This document shows positions 11,281 through 24,232 of a stretch of 64,000 nucleotides of DNA, in pieces. The stretch covers positions 53,134,001 through 53,198,000 of the forward strand of contig NC_087246.1 of assembly GCF_037042905.1 (NCBI RefSeq). Reading direction: 5' to 3'. A program made the position numbers and the translations under genes. Source of the stretch: Lytechinus pictus (taxonomy: Eukaryota). Below the pieces are notes generated by a model. That model worked only from the letters and a program-made list of their open reading frames with translations, did no database searches and was not told where the DNA came from. Within the stretch, counting starts at the first letter, position 1. Each line of letters opens with the position of its first letter.

Positions 11281-13410
11281 AGGGGCGTGTTTCATGACGA
11301 GATGAGTGATACGTAGGAACGTCCTAGGACCATTCTTCCGAGATAGGGAGATTGGCGACAAATCAGCGCTTTCCGTTACGTTTCACAAAGGCAATTTCGT
11401 CTTCCAAGTCCGCGACATCGTTTGATATCGATAGTATCGGAAAAAATATTTAGTCTTCATCGTCACCTGAACCTTTTATTTCGGAATGACGACTCTTCAT
11501 GAAATCATATATTTCAATAAATGGAGATCAAATAATTTTTTTTTTTAATATTACTGATTGTAGAATTGATGTACGGAGCTTACTTCATGAGGTAAAAAGA
11601 GAAGAAAAAAAACTTTAAAGATTCACAAACATAACTTGATAAAATCGAAATTTTCATTATTCCCCTTATTTAGAACAAGGTGTCCTTTTAGAGATCCCTT
11701 TCATTGATATTTCGACGAAAGAGACCCTTGTCCGACATGAACATTTAATTAACCAAGTAATTTCGACATTGTATTAGCTCAATATTAGGAATTTTATAGA
11801 ATACTTAGTGATAATTTTGCAAATTATGCGTTAAATGTTTTTTGTTGAGGTGAAAATAGGGTTTGAATGGAGTAAACAAAATCAATGTGTCTGATTGTAT
11901 GAGACTAAAAAGGAAAATATGAGAGGCTGCGTGTGAAAAATCAAATTTATTTATTTTATTTGTCAGATATAACGCAAGAAATACAAATGTGAGTGTTTAT
12001 AGTATAAACATACCTTTGCATGATGAATAACCGAAGACAAGCAAAATATTAAAATTGCTGCAAACATATCCAAGTGGATAAAGTAGTGCTTCGCAATAAT
12101 AATTAAAACATAGAAAAAAGGTGTGAAATCAATCCGCAATGGAAAAAATTATATTTACAGAAACAATGCTTAAAATGACAACGCCATAAACGTTGGTCAT
12201 ATTTAAAGTTGATAAATTTATGGAAGTTTATATAAGAATATAAGCTTTAAGAATATAAAAAATATATATATTATGTTCAACATTTCAAATGTAAGGAGTC
12301 GAGACTATACATTATTGCTTTTATAGGGCCTATTATCCTACGATTTAAAATGCGCCTCTTCGTATGGATTTTCCTGAATCTTTTCAAAATGAACTTATCT
12401 TCATTTGTAATGATTGTGATGGATTCGTAATATGTAGGCCTAATCTATACTTAAATTCAATTAGCTACTTTGTTACTGCAGATATGTTTTTTTTTCATTC
12501 ATCATCTCAAGTTAGCACAAATCCAACAATCAATTATCATTGATTAAAATTAATCTCAGCTAAAAAAAAATGCAATGAAAATGAAATAAGAATAAATAAA
12601 TGATTTAGCATGTTTAGTAACATCTTAATTTTGTATCGTGTTTTTTTTTCTTGCTGAACGTTATAAACACGTTTTTCACCATACATAATTTCTTTTTTTT
12701 ACATTGTTTTCAGTCATGTTGATTATCGAATGACAAAGCATGAGGGGTCAGAGAGATTGCCGCCCATTTCGATATTACAAGTTTAATTGAAAAAAATGGA
12801 AAAGGGGTGGGAAAAAAGACGGAGGGAGAATAAAAGAAAGCATATTGAAAAAATTGTTTGGGTCTATTACCCCGGAGAAGTTAAAATGACATCCATTTTT
12901 GGCCGTCTTGCCGTGCAAAACGACCTGAAATTTATGACAACTAGCCCCCATATAAAAAAATAAATTGGCGCCATCCCAGATAAAATGCATCAGAGTGCAA
13001 ACGAATGACCCCCCAAAATGTTTAAAGGTGATATGTCAGTGTGGCTTGCCGTAAATGCATTTTCTCTTAATGCCTACGGTGGCGGGCGGTGTGCAAAGAA
13101 GGGGGCCCCACAAAGAAGATCATGCCTACGTAGGATAATTATTCCAAGGACCAGTCTTCGTATTGACCAAATCGGCTTTGTGAAACAGTTGAGCGATATC
13201 TCGTTATTACGTAGAGCGGTTCTACCAAAGACCATTTCATGAAACAGGCCCCATATCGGCTTTGTGAAACAGTTGAACGATATCTCGTTCTTCCGAAGAG
13301 CGGTTCTACAAAAGACCATTTCATGAAACAGGCCCCATATCGGCTTTGTGAAACAGTTGAACGATATCTCGTTCTTCCGAAGAGCGGTTCTACAAAAGAC
13401 CATTTCATGA
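11281..13410. mobile_element. 2.1-kb non-autonomous DNA element with a triplicated right end
   Basis: TIRs GGGGCGTGTTTCATGA / TCATGAAACAGGCCCC; AT-rich interior. Confidence 0.7.
13171..13410 (+). repeat. 84-bp tandem repeat, ~2.9 copies
   Basis: ATCGGCTTTGTGAAACAG starts at 13171, 13255 and 13339. Confidence 0.95.
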
Positions 13411-13886
13411 AAACCTAAAGAGGCGTAACATGCTCGGATCCCTGATTGTTTACTTCAAAACCGGTTCGATGACATTTGCTCGATCCGGCGACAATTGCTC
13501 CCATGAAAAATCTGCGCGTTAAGCCAAATTAGGCCCTCTTCCAGTGAAGTTCCCATTCAATAGATATCCTGAAAAATGCGGGGGTTTTCGTTCAAAATCA
13601 TTATTGTCAAACGCTCTGGCTGATGTTGGTAGGGGTTTGGCTCATGAAAGAACAACCTTTAAAAAAAAAGTCGGCATGTCTAATAAGCTAAAGCGCAACA
13701 CTGTTCTGAAGCTCACGCTTCAAGTTGTGTTGTATTTCTATCCCTTGAAAGGCTCCCGTCTGTAATATTCAGTGTCATTTTGTTGTCAATCTCTCCTCGA
13801 CCTGTTAAGTTGTCAAGGAAGCAGTAGGGCCTAGCACATTTGAGCTAGCCGACGGCATTCAACGATCTGATCTCGATCGAACGACG

Positions 13887-14097
13887 ATGTCGAAATTAAA
13901 AGGTTGTGCTTCACTCGGGGCTTCACTGCTGCACATATGGTGGATGGCATTCTTGTTCCATATATGTCTTGGCATCGGTCGTGGCGTACCGAATTCAGCA
14001 CCCGTGATCATCGACGATATCGCCAAGGACCTTCAAACAACCACATCTGTTGTTGGGATGTCGCTCGCGTCGTACACAGTTCCATTTGGTATTTCAG
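13887..14097 (+). CDS. SLC16/MCT-like transporter, alternative first coding exon 1b
   Basis: ATG, 70 codons + 1 nt, ends ...PFGIS G^GTATAA (phase 1). Paralogous to 1a (PVIIDDIAKDLQTTT identical); predicted protein 591 aa. Confidence 0.75.
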
Positions 14098-16194
14098 GTA
14101 TAATCCTCCTTTTGATGATGCATCGATTCAGGGGCTCCGCCTCAAAGGGTGTGGGGTAAGGGGGCGACCATGCACCCCGGCCAATCAAGTTATGATTTTC
14201 AAAGGGGTCAGAAAAGAAGGGGGAGAAAAAAATGAGAAAGGTATTCAATAAGGTCTGATGTGTAACACATTAATACCCCTATTAAATGTGACCTCACCGT
14301 ATAGTCGTCATGCTCCACCCCCTCTTTTTGCCCCTGGCTGCATCTTCCCTGTATGTTATGTTCTCCTAAATGTGCCCGTTAATGTGTGTGTGAAATAAAA
14401 TATTATAACTTGATGATCAGGGGCCCTCATTACGCCGTAGTATAATTCTATTCGACTTTAAATGGAGAGGGATGTCATTTTTTTAATTCATAGTGCAGCG
14501 CTAACTAAAAATTGAATAGATTTGACATGCAAAAGATCCACTTTTTATTATTTTTATTTTTTGTAATCCAAACGGCAACGTACTGATATCATTACCCACG
14601 GTACAGGGAATAAATATTCAAATTTATACCTTTTGACAAACAAATTGGAAATGCATGCCTCCATCGGGGCCTCGATCTGCCTTTGATTGATGATAATAGC
14701 AGAGAATATAATGGGGAGTGAGATATTTTAATTAAAAAAATGAATTGTATTAGCCATTATTATGTTATCACTTATTATGAAGTTATGCCAAAAAAGTTCG
14801 CTACCAGGTTCTCCCCTTGGCCTCCGGAACTGCCCCTTTCAGTTTGAAATTTAATTCGATGTTGTAGGTCCTATACTGGCTATATGTTCGGTATGTTTAA
14901 TCGGTACAGTTGTTCCCTGGGGTGTATTAATTGCATATCAATTTAGGACTTTAATTCGATGCTGTATTATGACCAAGTATACTGGGGGTGTCACATAAAG
15001 CTGCTCCCATGCAGGGACGGGTCCAGAATATACCCAAGATGGTGAGCACTTTGCTGGATAAAAAACATGACAAGAAGTAAATTACTGGAGAATCTGTAGA
15101 AGGTGATTACCACTTAACGTGTTTTTTTTTTTTTTTTTTTTTTTTTTTTTGGGGGGGGGGGGCGGGGGTTAATTTGCTTTTGTGCTTTTGACAATCATAA
15201 CAAGGGATCCTAAACTGCCAAATGGGGGCATTTCCTGTAGCCCCCTAGTCCGCTGTGCAAACCCTTCACTCGAGTAAACGGTCTGAATTACAGCCTACTC
15301 ATGCCATGTGTACTGAATTGAAACAGCAAGTTTTGTATGTGCTAGTCTTTGCGTGGAGACACACTTGTTGATAAAAGTTTCAATCAGGGTCTGTGCCTGC
15401 AGACTAGTAGCCCCCATGCATGGCTGTTTCTACAATTGCTTATAATATATTTCTGTGTAATAACATTATCTCACTGTAAGTCTATGCATTTGAGGGGATT
15501 GTAAAATGTATGAGAAGATTGTTATTCTCAATATATTCAAATTTATGGTAAAGTCGTTGAATATCTCAAAAACAAAACTAGATGTTTTGAGTTCTAAGTC
15601 GTATGGATATCATAATTTGAAAAACGGAGTTTTTAAAGAAAATAGTATTAAAAAAAAGGATTTTACAGAGAAAAAACAACAGAAATATTCTTTAAATTGT
15701 CATGAAAGGACATTTTCTGCAATTTAACAGAACAGGTCTGCTTTGAAAAAAAAAGTGTTTTATACAGGTAGTTTGTAAGGTTCCATACACCAAATACATA
15801 TTATTTTGTAATTTCACACAATGCAGGTAAGATTACAGGTCTTCTCGAGACTCTGCGACAGGAACTTCTGTTGAAATTTTCTAACAGTGTGCAAATATAA
15901 ATTGATTTGCTTTTGTTAAAGTTGATCTATCTCGGATCTGTCTGTCGTAAATCTGCATCAAAATTTGCAATAGATTGCAAATATTTTCTTGCAACATCCA
16001 TGGCACTGTGAACCATTTTTTAATAGGGGTTTTGTAAAGAATGATAAAAAAAGTATGTTTGGAGCAATAACCCTTTTTTGTCAGCCTGATTTTCTCGGGG
16101 ATGCTTCAGCATCTCCAGCACTCCCGCTTCCCAGGGCCATGCACAACACCTTATAACTCTAGTACACCCCCTTCAATGATTTCTTCATTCATAC

Positions 16195-16463
16195 CTGGGC
16201 CCCGTCTTTTAAAGACTTACGATTGATCCGATCAATCCCAATTCTATGGAAATCCAGTATTGTCATAATATTTTCTTCAAGAAATTTTTAAAATGTCCTT
16301 TGGAAACAAAAAGAAGCACACTGAATTTTCAAGAAACCATGGATGTATGAATACATCCTAGAAAATATTTTGAACAAACATGCATTTCAGATGTTGAAAT
16401 TCCTGGCTTTCCATAGTTGTGATTGATTGGATCAATTGCAACTCTTTATAAGACGGAGCCCTG
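16195..16463. mobile_element. MITE
   Basis: Imperfect ~60-bp TIRs CTGGGCCCCGTCTT...AAGACGGAGCCCTG. Confidence 0.8.
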
Positions 16464-17304
16464 ATCTTTTATATTAGTTTGCGTTTGCGGGGGGGGGGGG
16501 GGGGTAAAAACGGTATTGAAGAGTTACTCTGCCATAAGCTAGACCTACTAACCAGAATGTACTGGTTTCATGTTACCAGATGTTATTGTCCCTGAGTGAT
16601 GACAAAAAATATTATCTTAGGAAGAATGATAACGAAAATGTCATGTCGTTAATACGATTAAACCCTTTTATTACACAATGGTTTTTATGATCAGTTTCCT
16701 TCAAAATAGACGATGAATAAGGCTTTCAATGGCCCATAATGAAATGTGCCAACTTCCTTTAATTGTTTGTGTGTATGCTCAAAGGAGGAAGAAATCTTTG
16801 AGAAAGGAAAAGTTGAGATAGAGAGATACGCAATGATAATAATAAAAAAAATCTATTTACTTTCTTTAGCGATCCTCAAATTGGCAGTGTTGCTTCAAAG
16901 TGACATGCACAACTTTCTTTATATTTTGTGCACAAAACATTCGCAACTATCTCGAGGTGCAGATTGTCTTCTTAGATCATGATATTTCTTAGGAAAATGT
17001 ATTCCGACACAACATGTTGAGTTCCCGGATTGAGTTAGATAATAATAACATGAATAGGAGAAAATAAGAAAATCTTTTTCGTGTTCTTTTCATCTTCCAA
17101 TATACATGTACATACCAACGAATTGCTTATCTGTTCTCTTCCAACCACAATTCCTCCGAAAATGGTCTCAGAAAATGAGTGATATGGACGCATCCATATC
17201 AATTTTCACTCGCTTTTCCGTCACTGGTAACGTAAATTCATTTTTCTATTCCGATTTTTAATCTCACTTTCAATCTGAAAGTTCTCGTATCGTAAGATAA
17301 AACC

Positions 17305-18809
17305 TAAAGGTCAAGTCCACCCCCAATTTTTTTTGTATTAAGTAGTTTTTATTGACAACTTCAATTCATATACAAAATAAATATATATAACAAATAGAAG
17401 TTTGATGTCTTTACAAATTGATAAATACCTTGACAACTCATAAATTAAACATAATTTTTTTCTTGAATGTTACAATAAAACACAATGTCAGACATCTTTC
17501 AATACATAATTATAAATAACATTGATGATAATAATATGCATTAAGAATAAACTTCTACAATAAATTCAACATATTGAATTTTTTTCAGTGTCAAATAAAA
17601 ACATAAAAAAGAGATTTTCCAAATACACAAAAATAAATCATTAATAAAACCTAAACGAATTGAAGCCATCAGCATATATTTTTTAAACCCATCGCCTCGG
17701 CCTCTTCACTCAAATAAATTCAATCTCAACAACAAACTCAGCCCTGGACCCTACCCCCCCCCCCCCGACCCTCCCTAAAACACCCCCACCCCCTATCCGG
17801 TGGAGAACTGGCTCTGGGCTCCAATAAATGGTCTAATATTTAAGTTTTCCCATTTAGAGAAATAGAGTCCCCCTCTTTGTTGATAATTTCTTTTCTTCTC
17901 TTTGATCCCCCCTAATACTATTTTTTTTCATTCAATGAAGGAGGTTTTTTTAATTCTCGGTTTTTGTAAATATGATATTTAACTAAAATCAAGACATGAT
18001 TCATTAATTGATATTTACCCTTACTTTTCTCCTGCTTCCCGAAAAGAATTTCCTGCCAACTAAATTTATTTATTTCAAAATTTAAACTTCTTGCACACAG
18101 ATCCCAAAGTGATTTTGAAAATTCACAAGTATAAAATAGATGTTCATACGTTTCTTCTTCCTTTTCACAAAATGAGCATAAATTGGTCGAAACAAGACCG
18201 AAACGGGAAAAAAACGGGGAAAAAATTGTAGATATGAATCGATAGAGAAAAATCAAACAAGCTTAACTCTGAAAATTTCATCAAAATCCAATAAGAAAGT
18301 TATGAAATTATATAAAGTTTTGCTTATTTTTCACAAAATAACACATGCACAATAATATTTAGTCAAATGAGAGAATGGATGATGTCCCTCACTCACTATT
18401 TCTTTTGTTTTTTATTGTTTGAATAATACAATATTTCAATTTTTACAGATTTCACAATAATGACCAACTTGATTTGACCATAAAAATAATGTTAAACAAT
18501 GGTAATTCCACATGTTCAGGGAGGAATAAACTTTGTTTCACATGCAGAACAATGAGGAGAAAATTAGAATATTTCATGTAATAAAATGCAAAAGAAATAG
18601 GATAGTGAGTGATGTCATGCAGTTCCCTCATTTGCATACCGAACGGGACGTGCATAAAACTCCGTTTGTGAAATCAAGTGAAACACAAAATTGTCATAAC
18701 TTTCTTATTTTACATCCGATTTTAATGAAATTTTCAGTGTAATGCCTTTGTTGGATTTTCTCTTTTTTATTAAAATCAACGTTTTATTGGGGGTAGACTT
18801 GTCCTTTTA
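17305..18809. mobile_element. TTAA-type (Kolobok-like) MITE interrupted by a LINE fragment
   Basis: TIRs TAAAGGTCAAGTCCACCCC / GGGGTAGACTTGTCCTTTTA with long internal inverted arms. A second, truncated copy lies at 18874-19340. Confidence 0.8.
17326..18213 (-). mobile_element. 5'-truncated L1/Tx1-clade LINE (ORF2 C-terminus, 3' UTR, poly(A))
   Basis: CSFCEKEEETYEHLFYTC is a C-terminal CCHC zinc knuckle, followed by W-rich L1-type helices. T-run at 17326-17335. Confidence 0.8.
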
Positions 18810-18873
18810 GAAAAAAAAACTTCATACGTCCGGTCCCTAGATTGAGGGATTTTCTGATTGGTTTGACGATTGA

Positions 18874-19340
18874 TTAAAGGTCAAGTCCACCCGAGAAAAT
18901 GTTTGATGTGAATAAATAAAGAAAAATCAAACTAGCACAATGTTAAAATTTCATCAAAATCGGATGTAAAATGAGAAAGTTATGACATTTTAAAGTTTTG
19001 CTTATTTTTCACAAAACAGTTATATGCACGACTCAGTGACTTGCAAAATGAGACAGTCGATGATGTCCCTCACTCACTATTTATTTTGTTATTTATTGTT
19101 TGAATTATACAATATTTCATTTTTTTATTTACATATTTGATAAGGGCCAACTTGACTGAACCATTATATGGTACTTAAATAAAGCTGATTCCACATGTTA
19201 AGGGAGGAGAAAATCAGAATATTTCATGTAATAAAATACAAAAGAAATAGTGGATGACGCCATCGGTCTCATCATTTGCATACTGACCAGGATGTGCATT
19301 TAACTGTTTTGTGAAATAAAGCGAAACTTTAAAATGTAAT
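18874..19340 (+). mobile_element. Truncated second copy of the 17305 MITE family
   Basis: TTAAAGGTCAAGTCCACC start; colinear with 18220-18700. Confidence 0.8.
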
Positions 19341-20899
19341 TTATTGTACTTTGTATGGAAGTTTTTTTCCCCCAGTCCTTTTTAAATTAAATTTATTATG
19401 TCTTTATTGTGTTTACTAGTATGTCACAGTGCACTCGTTACAAGCTTTCCTCCATTGTAATACAAATTTTAGAGAATGTATTAATGCTTATGCCTTTGGA
19501 AATAAAATAATGTTGAATTGAATTATCGTTCCGAAGTTTCGGACGTATACATTATGAACGGTGACACGACATTCGGTCCGGCTCCGGACTTTATATTGCT
19601 GCGTCTATAGTCTAAATCTAGTGTTGAAGTTGGCCATTCCAATACTAATGCGTGGAATTTGCAGCGGAGCAATTGTCGCCGGAGCAAATGATACGGAACC
19701 ATTATGAGCTGGTCCAGGAAAAAATCTGCAATTGAGTCAACTCGGCTCCACCGAAAAGCCTAATTTTCTACAAGCTATGCTTTTTATTTAGGCTCCTCCC
19801 TTTTTTTACATTTTGTAGTGTACCTAATTGTGTTAAATACTTATGTTAGATAGCCATGATAGTTAATTTGATCATTGATACACTGTTTATGAATACATTT
19901 GTTATGTATATTATGTTATTTGTTTTTAAAGTGGAATAAATAAATAAAAATAATAATCATAAAGTTAGGTCCCGAGTTGTCCACTGCAAAACATAATCCC
20001 AACCATAAACTAGGTAAGATTGTTACCAATATACACAAATCAATTGAATAGTAGAAAACAAACATTTGTCAACAAAATAATAGCTATCAGAGATTGAAGA
20101 ACACGGCACCCAATTTTTCGGCGGGGCCGAGTTGTGCAGAATTAGCTGGCATGCACCCGTATGAAAGGGGCGTCCCCCGTTGTTTTTCAAGTAGGACCTG
20201 AGTAGTGTTGAATATACACCTGAATTCAATTTGGTATACCCCCCCCCCCCCCCCCTCTATCAATATACCCTGGCACTGCTATTGCGTATATGGATTGATT
20301 GGTAATCAAAAACTTTTTGTGTGTGAATTATGACGGTCGGTTGCGTTTGATTCCAGATTTGTACGTCATGATGGTAGGTCTTGGTAAGTCTGAAAGCGGG
20401 ATAAGTTATGGTTGACTATCATTAGAGCAGGAAGTCGATGGTATTATGAGAGAACTAATCAGTGTAGCAAAATCACGCGAAATAAATCGTCATTACGCAA
20501 ACATGTAATAAAATGAGGTCACCACAGTGCAGAGTGAATCGATAACAGCGAGAGCGCTGCACATTGCCAACGGTTCACAGAGATTTTGCACGCAAACCTA
20601 TGAGAAACAAGCGAGAGCGAACGATTCCACGAGCTTTTCCCCCTTCTTTCCCTTCCCGGCGATTTGTCCCAAAACAAAAGGATTTCCGCAAACTACGATA
20701 CTTTGTCTTTCAACTTTATTAGCATCCGATCTATCCATGCCGATTAGATTATTACCGTGCCATTTTGTTATAAATTAGCAAAAGAACATGTACATCAGTT
20801 TTGCCAAGCTGAATAAAACGACTGGTAGGCGTTTAATTATGACAGCCGTCATTCACGTAAACTTTTGAATCCGATATGTGAACTTTCATTCTACACTTA

Positions 20900-21456
20900 T
20901 ACGCTTTTTACACACGCTAAAATTTCCTTAACCCCGTACTATAGGTGGGGCTAAATTGCTATTTAGCCCCACCTATAGTACGGGGTTAAGCTTAGCCCAC
21001 TTTCTTTTTACACAGCATTTTTGCAAAGTGGGCTAACCCCACCTTTAGTACGGGATTATTTGGCCCTGCAAAAAAGCAGGGTTATCCCAGCAATTGCGGT
21101 GCTAAGAGCGATATAGTACGGGGTTAAGATCGCTAGTGTAAAACGAAAGTGGGCTAAGCTTAACCCCGTACTATAGGTGGGGCTAAATGGCAATTTGGCC
21201 CCACCTATAGTACGGGGTTAAGGAAATTTTAGCGTGTGTAAAAAAGGTACGAGTGAAGTACTTGTACTATACGAATGATCGACAAAAACCACTAGTCCGG
21301 GGTTAGCGAGTTTCGTGTCTGAAAAGCAAGCATTCCTTATCCGGGGTTAGAAATAACAATTTGGCATGTGTGAAAAGGAAAAAAATAGTACGGGGTTAAG
21401 GATAGTACGGGGTTAGCGATAGTCCGGGGCTAAGAAAATCCTGTGTAAAAAGGGTA
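20900..21456. mobile_element. Highly palindromic MITE built from a TAGTACGGGGTTAAG motif
   Basis: 20900-21249 is largely self-complementary with two internal ~63-nt hairpins. Termini TTTTTACAC / GTGTAAAAA. Confidence 0.8.
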
Positions 21457-22035
21457 GTAGTGTACTGGTATGCACACAGTGATATATTGAAGATTATTTG
21501 CGTACATTCAGAGGTAAAAGCAACGGGAGCATAAGATTGAAATGTACAATAAAAATCAGTAAAAACTATATAAAAATGATGAGTACGTCCTTGATGCAGT
21601 TCACTGACACAGTGAAGGAATTATCAGGATCATCAATTACAAGACAGATGAACATTATGAAATTATAAAACTTACATGACTTGTCCAATACCACATGAAT
21701 CATAATATCCCTTAGGGGAAAACGGTGACTATTTTAACTGGTACTGGCTGGCATGTCCCGTAGTCAGTTAGCATGCATGTTTTGTAGGCCTACATTTTGT
21801 AGGCCTACACAATGATCACGATGGTCAGAGAACAATTTCCCTCTTATCATGCTTATATCATTACATGTATCATGTGTATACCAGGGAGATGGGGTTTGGT
21901 GTGTGCATGGAGCTACTAACTGGTGTGTGCATGCAAGGAAAGATACCTGAGGCATAGAGCTATATGCCTGAGGTATAGGCCTTAGTTTGTGTGTAAATGT
22001 TGGGTCGGCTCTTCGGTCAAGAGCGCGGGTGCTGT

Positions 22036-22363
22036 TAGTCCAAGGAGAGTGATATCTCCTTGGTTAGTCTAGTTCTAGACGATTTTAAACGAATCTATTT
22101 GCACCGATATACGTTCTATTCCGTGCGTACGCCCAACCGAGTGTGCGCGCAAAACCGAGAACCTGTACTCCGAGAAAATCGGAGTACAGGTTCTCGGTTT
22201 TGCGCGCACACTCGGTTGGGCGTACGCACGGAATAGAACGTATATCGGTGCAAATCGGAGTACAGGTTCTCGGTTTTGCGCGCACACTCGGTTGGGCGTA
22301 CGCACGGAATAGAACGTATATCGGTGCAAATAGATTCGTTTAAAATCGTCTAGAACTAGACTA
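22036..22363. mobile_element. Palindromic element with TAGTC...GACTA termini and a 9-bp TSD
   Basis: GGGTGCTGT at 22027-22035 and 22364-22372. Perfect inverted arms around a GAAAA loop (22174-22178). 76-bp duplication in the right arm. Confidence 0.85.
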
Positions 22364-22709
22364 GGGTGCTGTGTGCATCGTTGCACGGTGCAAGCATCTG
22401 TGTCAAATACGCGCGAAACGACTAATTACAGGCTACAAAAATCACTCGACCATGCTGCCGCTCTGCGAATTCGGTGCGCGAAGATTACGTAACTTTCATC
22501 GAAATTAATACACCGTAATGATGATTTCGTGTTATTTTACTACACTGCTAATAGAAGAGCTATACCGTCGAGACCATGTAAGACTTGGGACCTGCATATA
22601 TTGTTTACGTCCAATCAGTGATCAACGATACTATAACGGTTAAGGGGCGTCAAAGAAACGTGAATTCAACGTCGATTTCGATAACGAAAATTGTCGCCTT
22701 CATCGAGGA

Positions 22710-22896
22710 ATGATGTGTTTAAAACATTTCTTTTCGCTCTGGAGGGTGGCGACGGCGTTTTTCATCTGCACGTTGTTTTCAGGTGTTCATACTTGCCTGC
22801 AGGTGTTCATAGATGATGTTGCGGTACACCTTCGTACGACCACTGCTGTGATCGGAATGACATTGGCGATGTTTGTAGTTCCTTTTGGCATCTCAG
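22710..22896 (+). CDS. SLC16/MCT-like transporter, alternative first coding exon 1c
   Basis: ATG, 62 codons + 1 nt, ends ...VPFGIS G^GTGAGA (phase 1). CpG-rich upstream region with CCAAT at ~22611; predicted protein 583 aa. Confidence 0.82.
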
Positions 22897-24013
22897 GTGA
22901 GACTCAAATAGACTCCACCCCCCCCCCCCCCGAAAAAAGGGGGAACTGAATAATATGAGCACTATCGGACTAATTATACGGATCCTAATTCTATTTCAGT
23001 TGGAGCATCCAACTATACGAAGCGAGGGTCTTTTAATATAGAAAAGCCTAGACTTGAGTTTTGATAATAAACATTCCATTCAAAATTACTTGTATTGAAT
23101 TATATGTTATACCCTGTTTTACCTTGTGTTATCAAACTGTAAATATCTTGTAAAGGATCTTGTATATTTTTTTGTTCTACTTTGTATTTTTGTTTTGAAC
23201 AGAATAGTGGCAGATGCCAATGATCGATGTTCCAATCAATTTACTACCAGTTACAATTCTTTTACTCACTACTACACTATAAAAGCAGAGATCGACAATA
23301 AAAATCAAACTTTGTGTTTAAGATTTTAAACCCTTGTTAAAACTTATTAAACAACCACTGTAATGTTCATAATAAGCAGCGTTGAATAGGGCTCTCTCGA
23401 AAACCAGTTTTCATCTACTGGAGAGACCACCCTGTCTAAAGAAAACAGAATTAAATGAATAAATAAATATTTTTTAAACAGCGTGTTTGCTGTACGTGTA
23501 GCAGACATCCATTGTCCAGAAGAAACAAAACAAAATGATAAGATAAATTCGATGGAAGACAATGAAAATTAAAATTATAAAACATTAGGAATTATAGGCC
23601 TGTATACCTAATATTTTTGCGAGGCCGAGTTGTCTTATGTACTCAGTTGAGCTGGACCCGTCTGCACTTGATCTATCAAGCGCAGCAGTATAAGTTAACC
23701 ACCCCTTTGATGGCCATGCATGCAGATCCATCTTCTAGCAGAATCCTCATTGATTTATCGATTAAATCTCATCCAATAAAATCGTATAGCTGTTCGTAGT
23801 TTGAGAGAGCCCCTTATCACAGAACATATAGAGCCTCCTACCCCTTCCTAATAATCAAACCCCTTTTGTCCTATAACCCAACACCATTAGATTATAATTT
23901 GCATTGAGGAAATTAATGTGAAACAAGGTTGGGAGTGCACGCAAAAGCTCACCATACATCGAGCCTGCTATTGCTGAATATTTTCCAACTCAAGTTGTTA
24001 GAATGCGGTTATA

Positions 24014-24232
24014 CACTCTAAAAACAGAAATGTTAACGAAACATTTTATTTTGAAAGGTTGGAGGAGTGACAACATTTTCTAAATGTTGCATTTACCACT
24101 TTAAATGGTTCTACCCAACACTTAAAATGTTGGATTCAGTTTTATACAAGGTTGGATGTAACATTTGGAAAAGGTTGTCACTCCTCCAACCTTTCAAAAT
24201 AATGTTGATTTAACATTCGATTTTTTAGAGTG
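24014..24232. mobile_element. MITE with CACTCTAAAAA termini, flanked by TA
   Basis: ~70-bp TIRs; related element at ~37830-38069. Confidence 0.85.

Larger units (their letters stand above)
7506..13446. mobile_element. Fold-back/MITE host element split by nested insertions
   Basis: Inverted arm pieces: 7506-7540 vs 13405-13446; 7541-7557 plus 7713-7724 vs 11253-11282; 8552-8650 vs 8828-8943. Confidence 0.7.

Noticed and set aside
7188-14159. Exons 1a and 1b as independent short genes or separate full paralogs
   Set aside because: Homology stops exactly at the splice donors, and no second copy of exons 2-4 was found between them; the interval is accounted for by transposons
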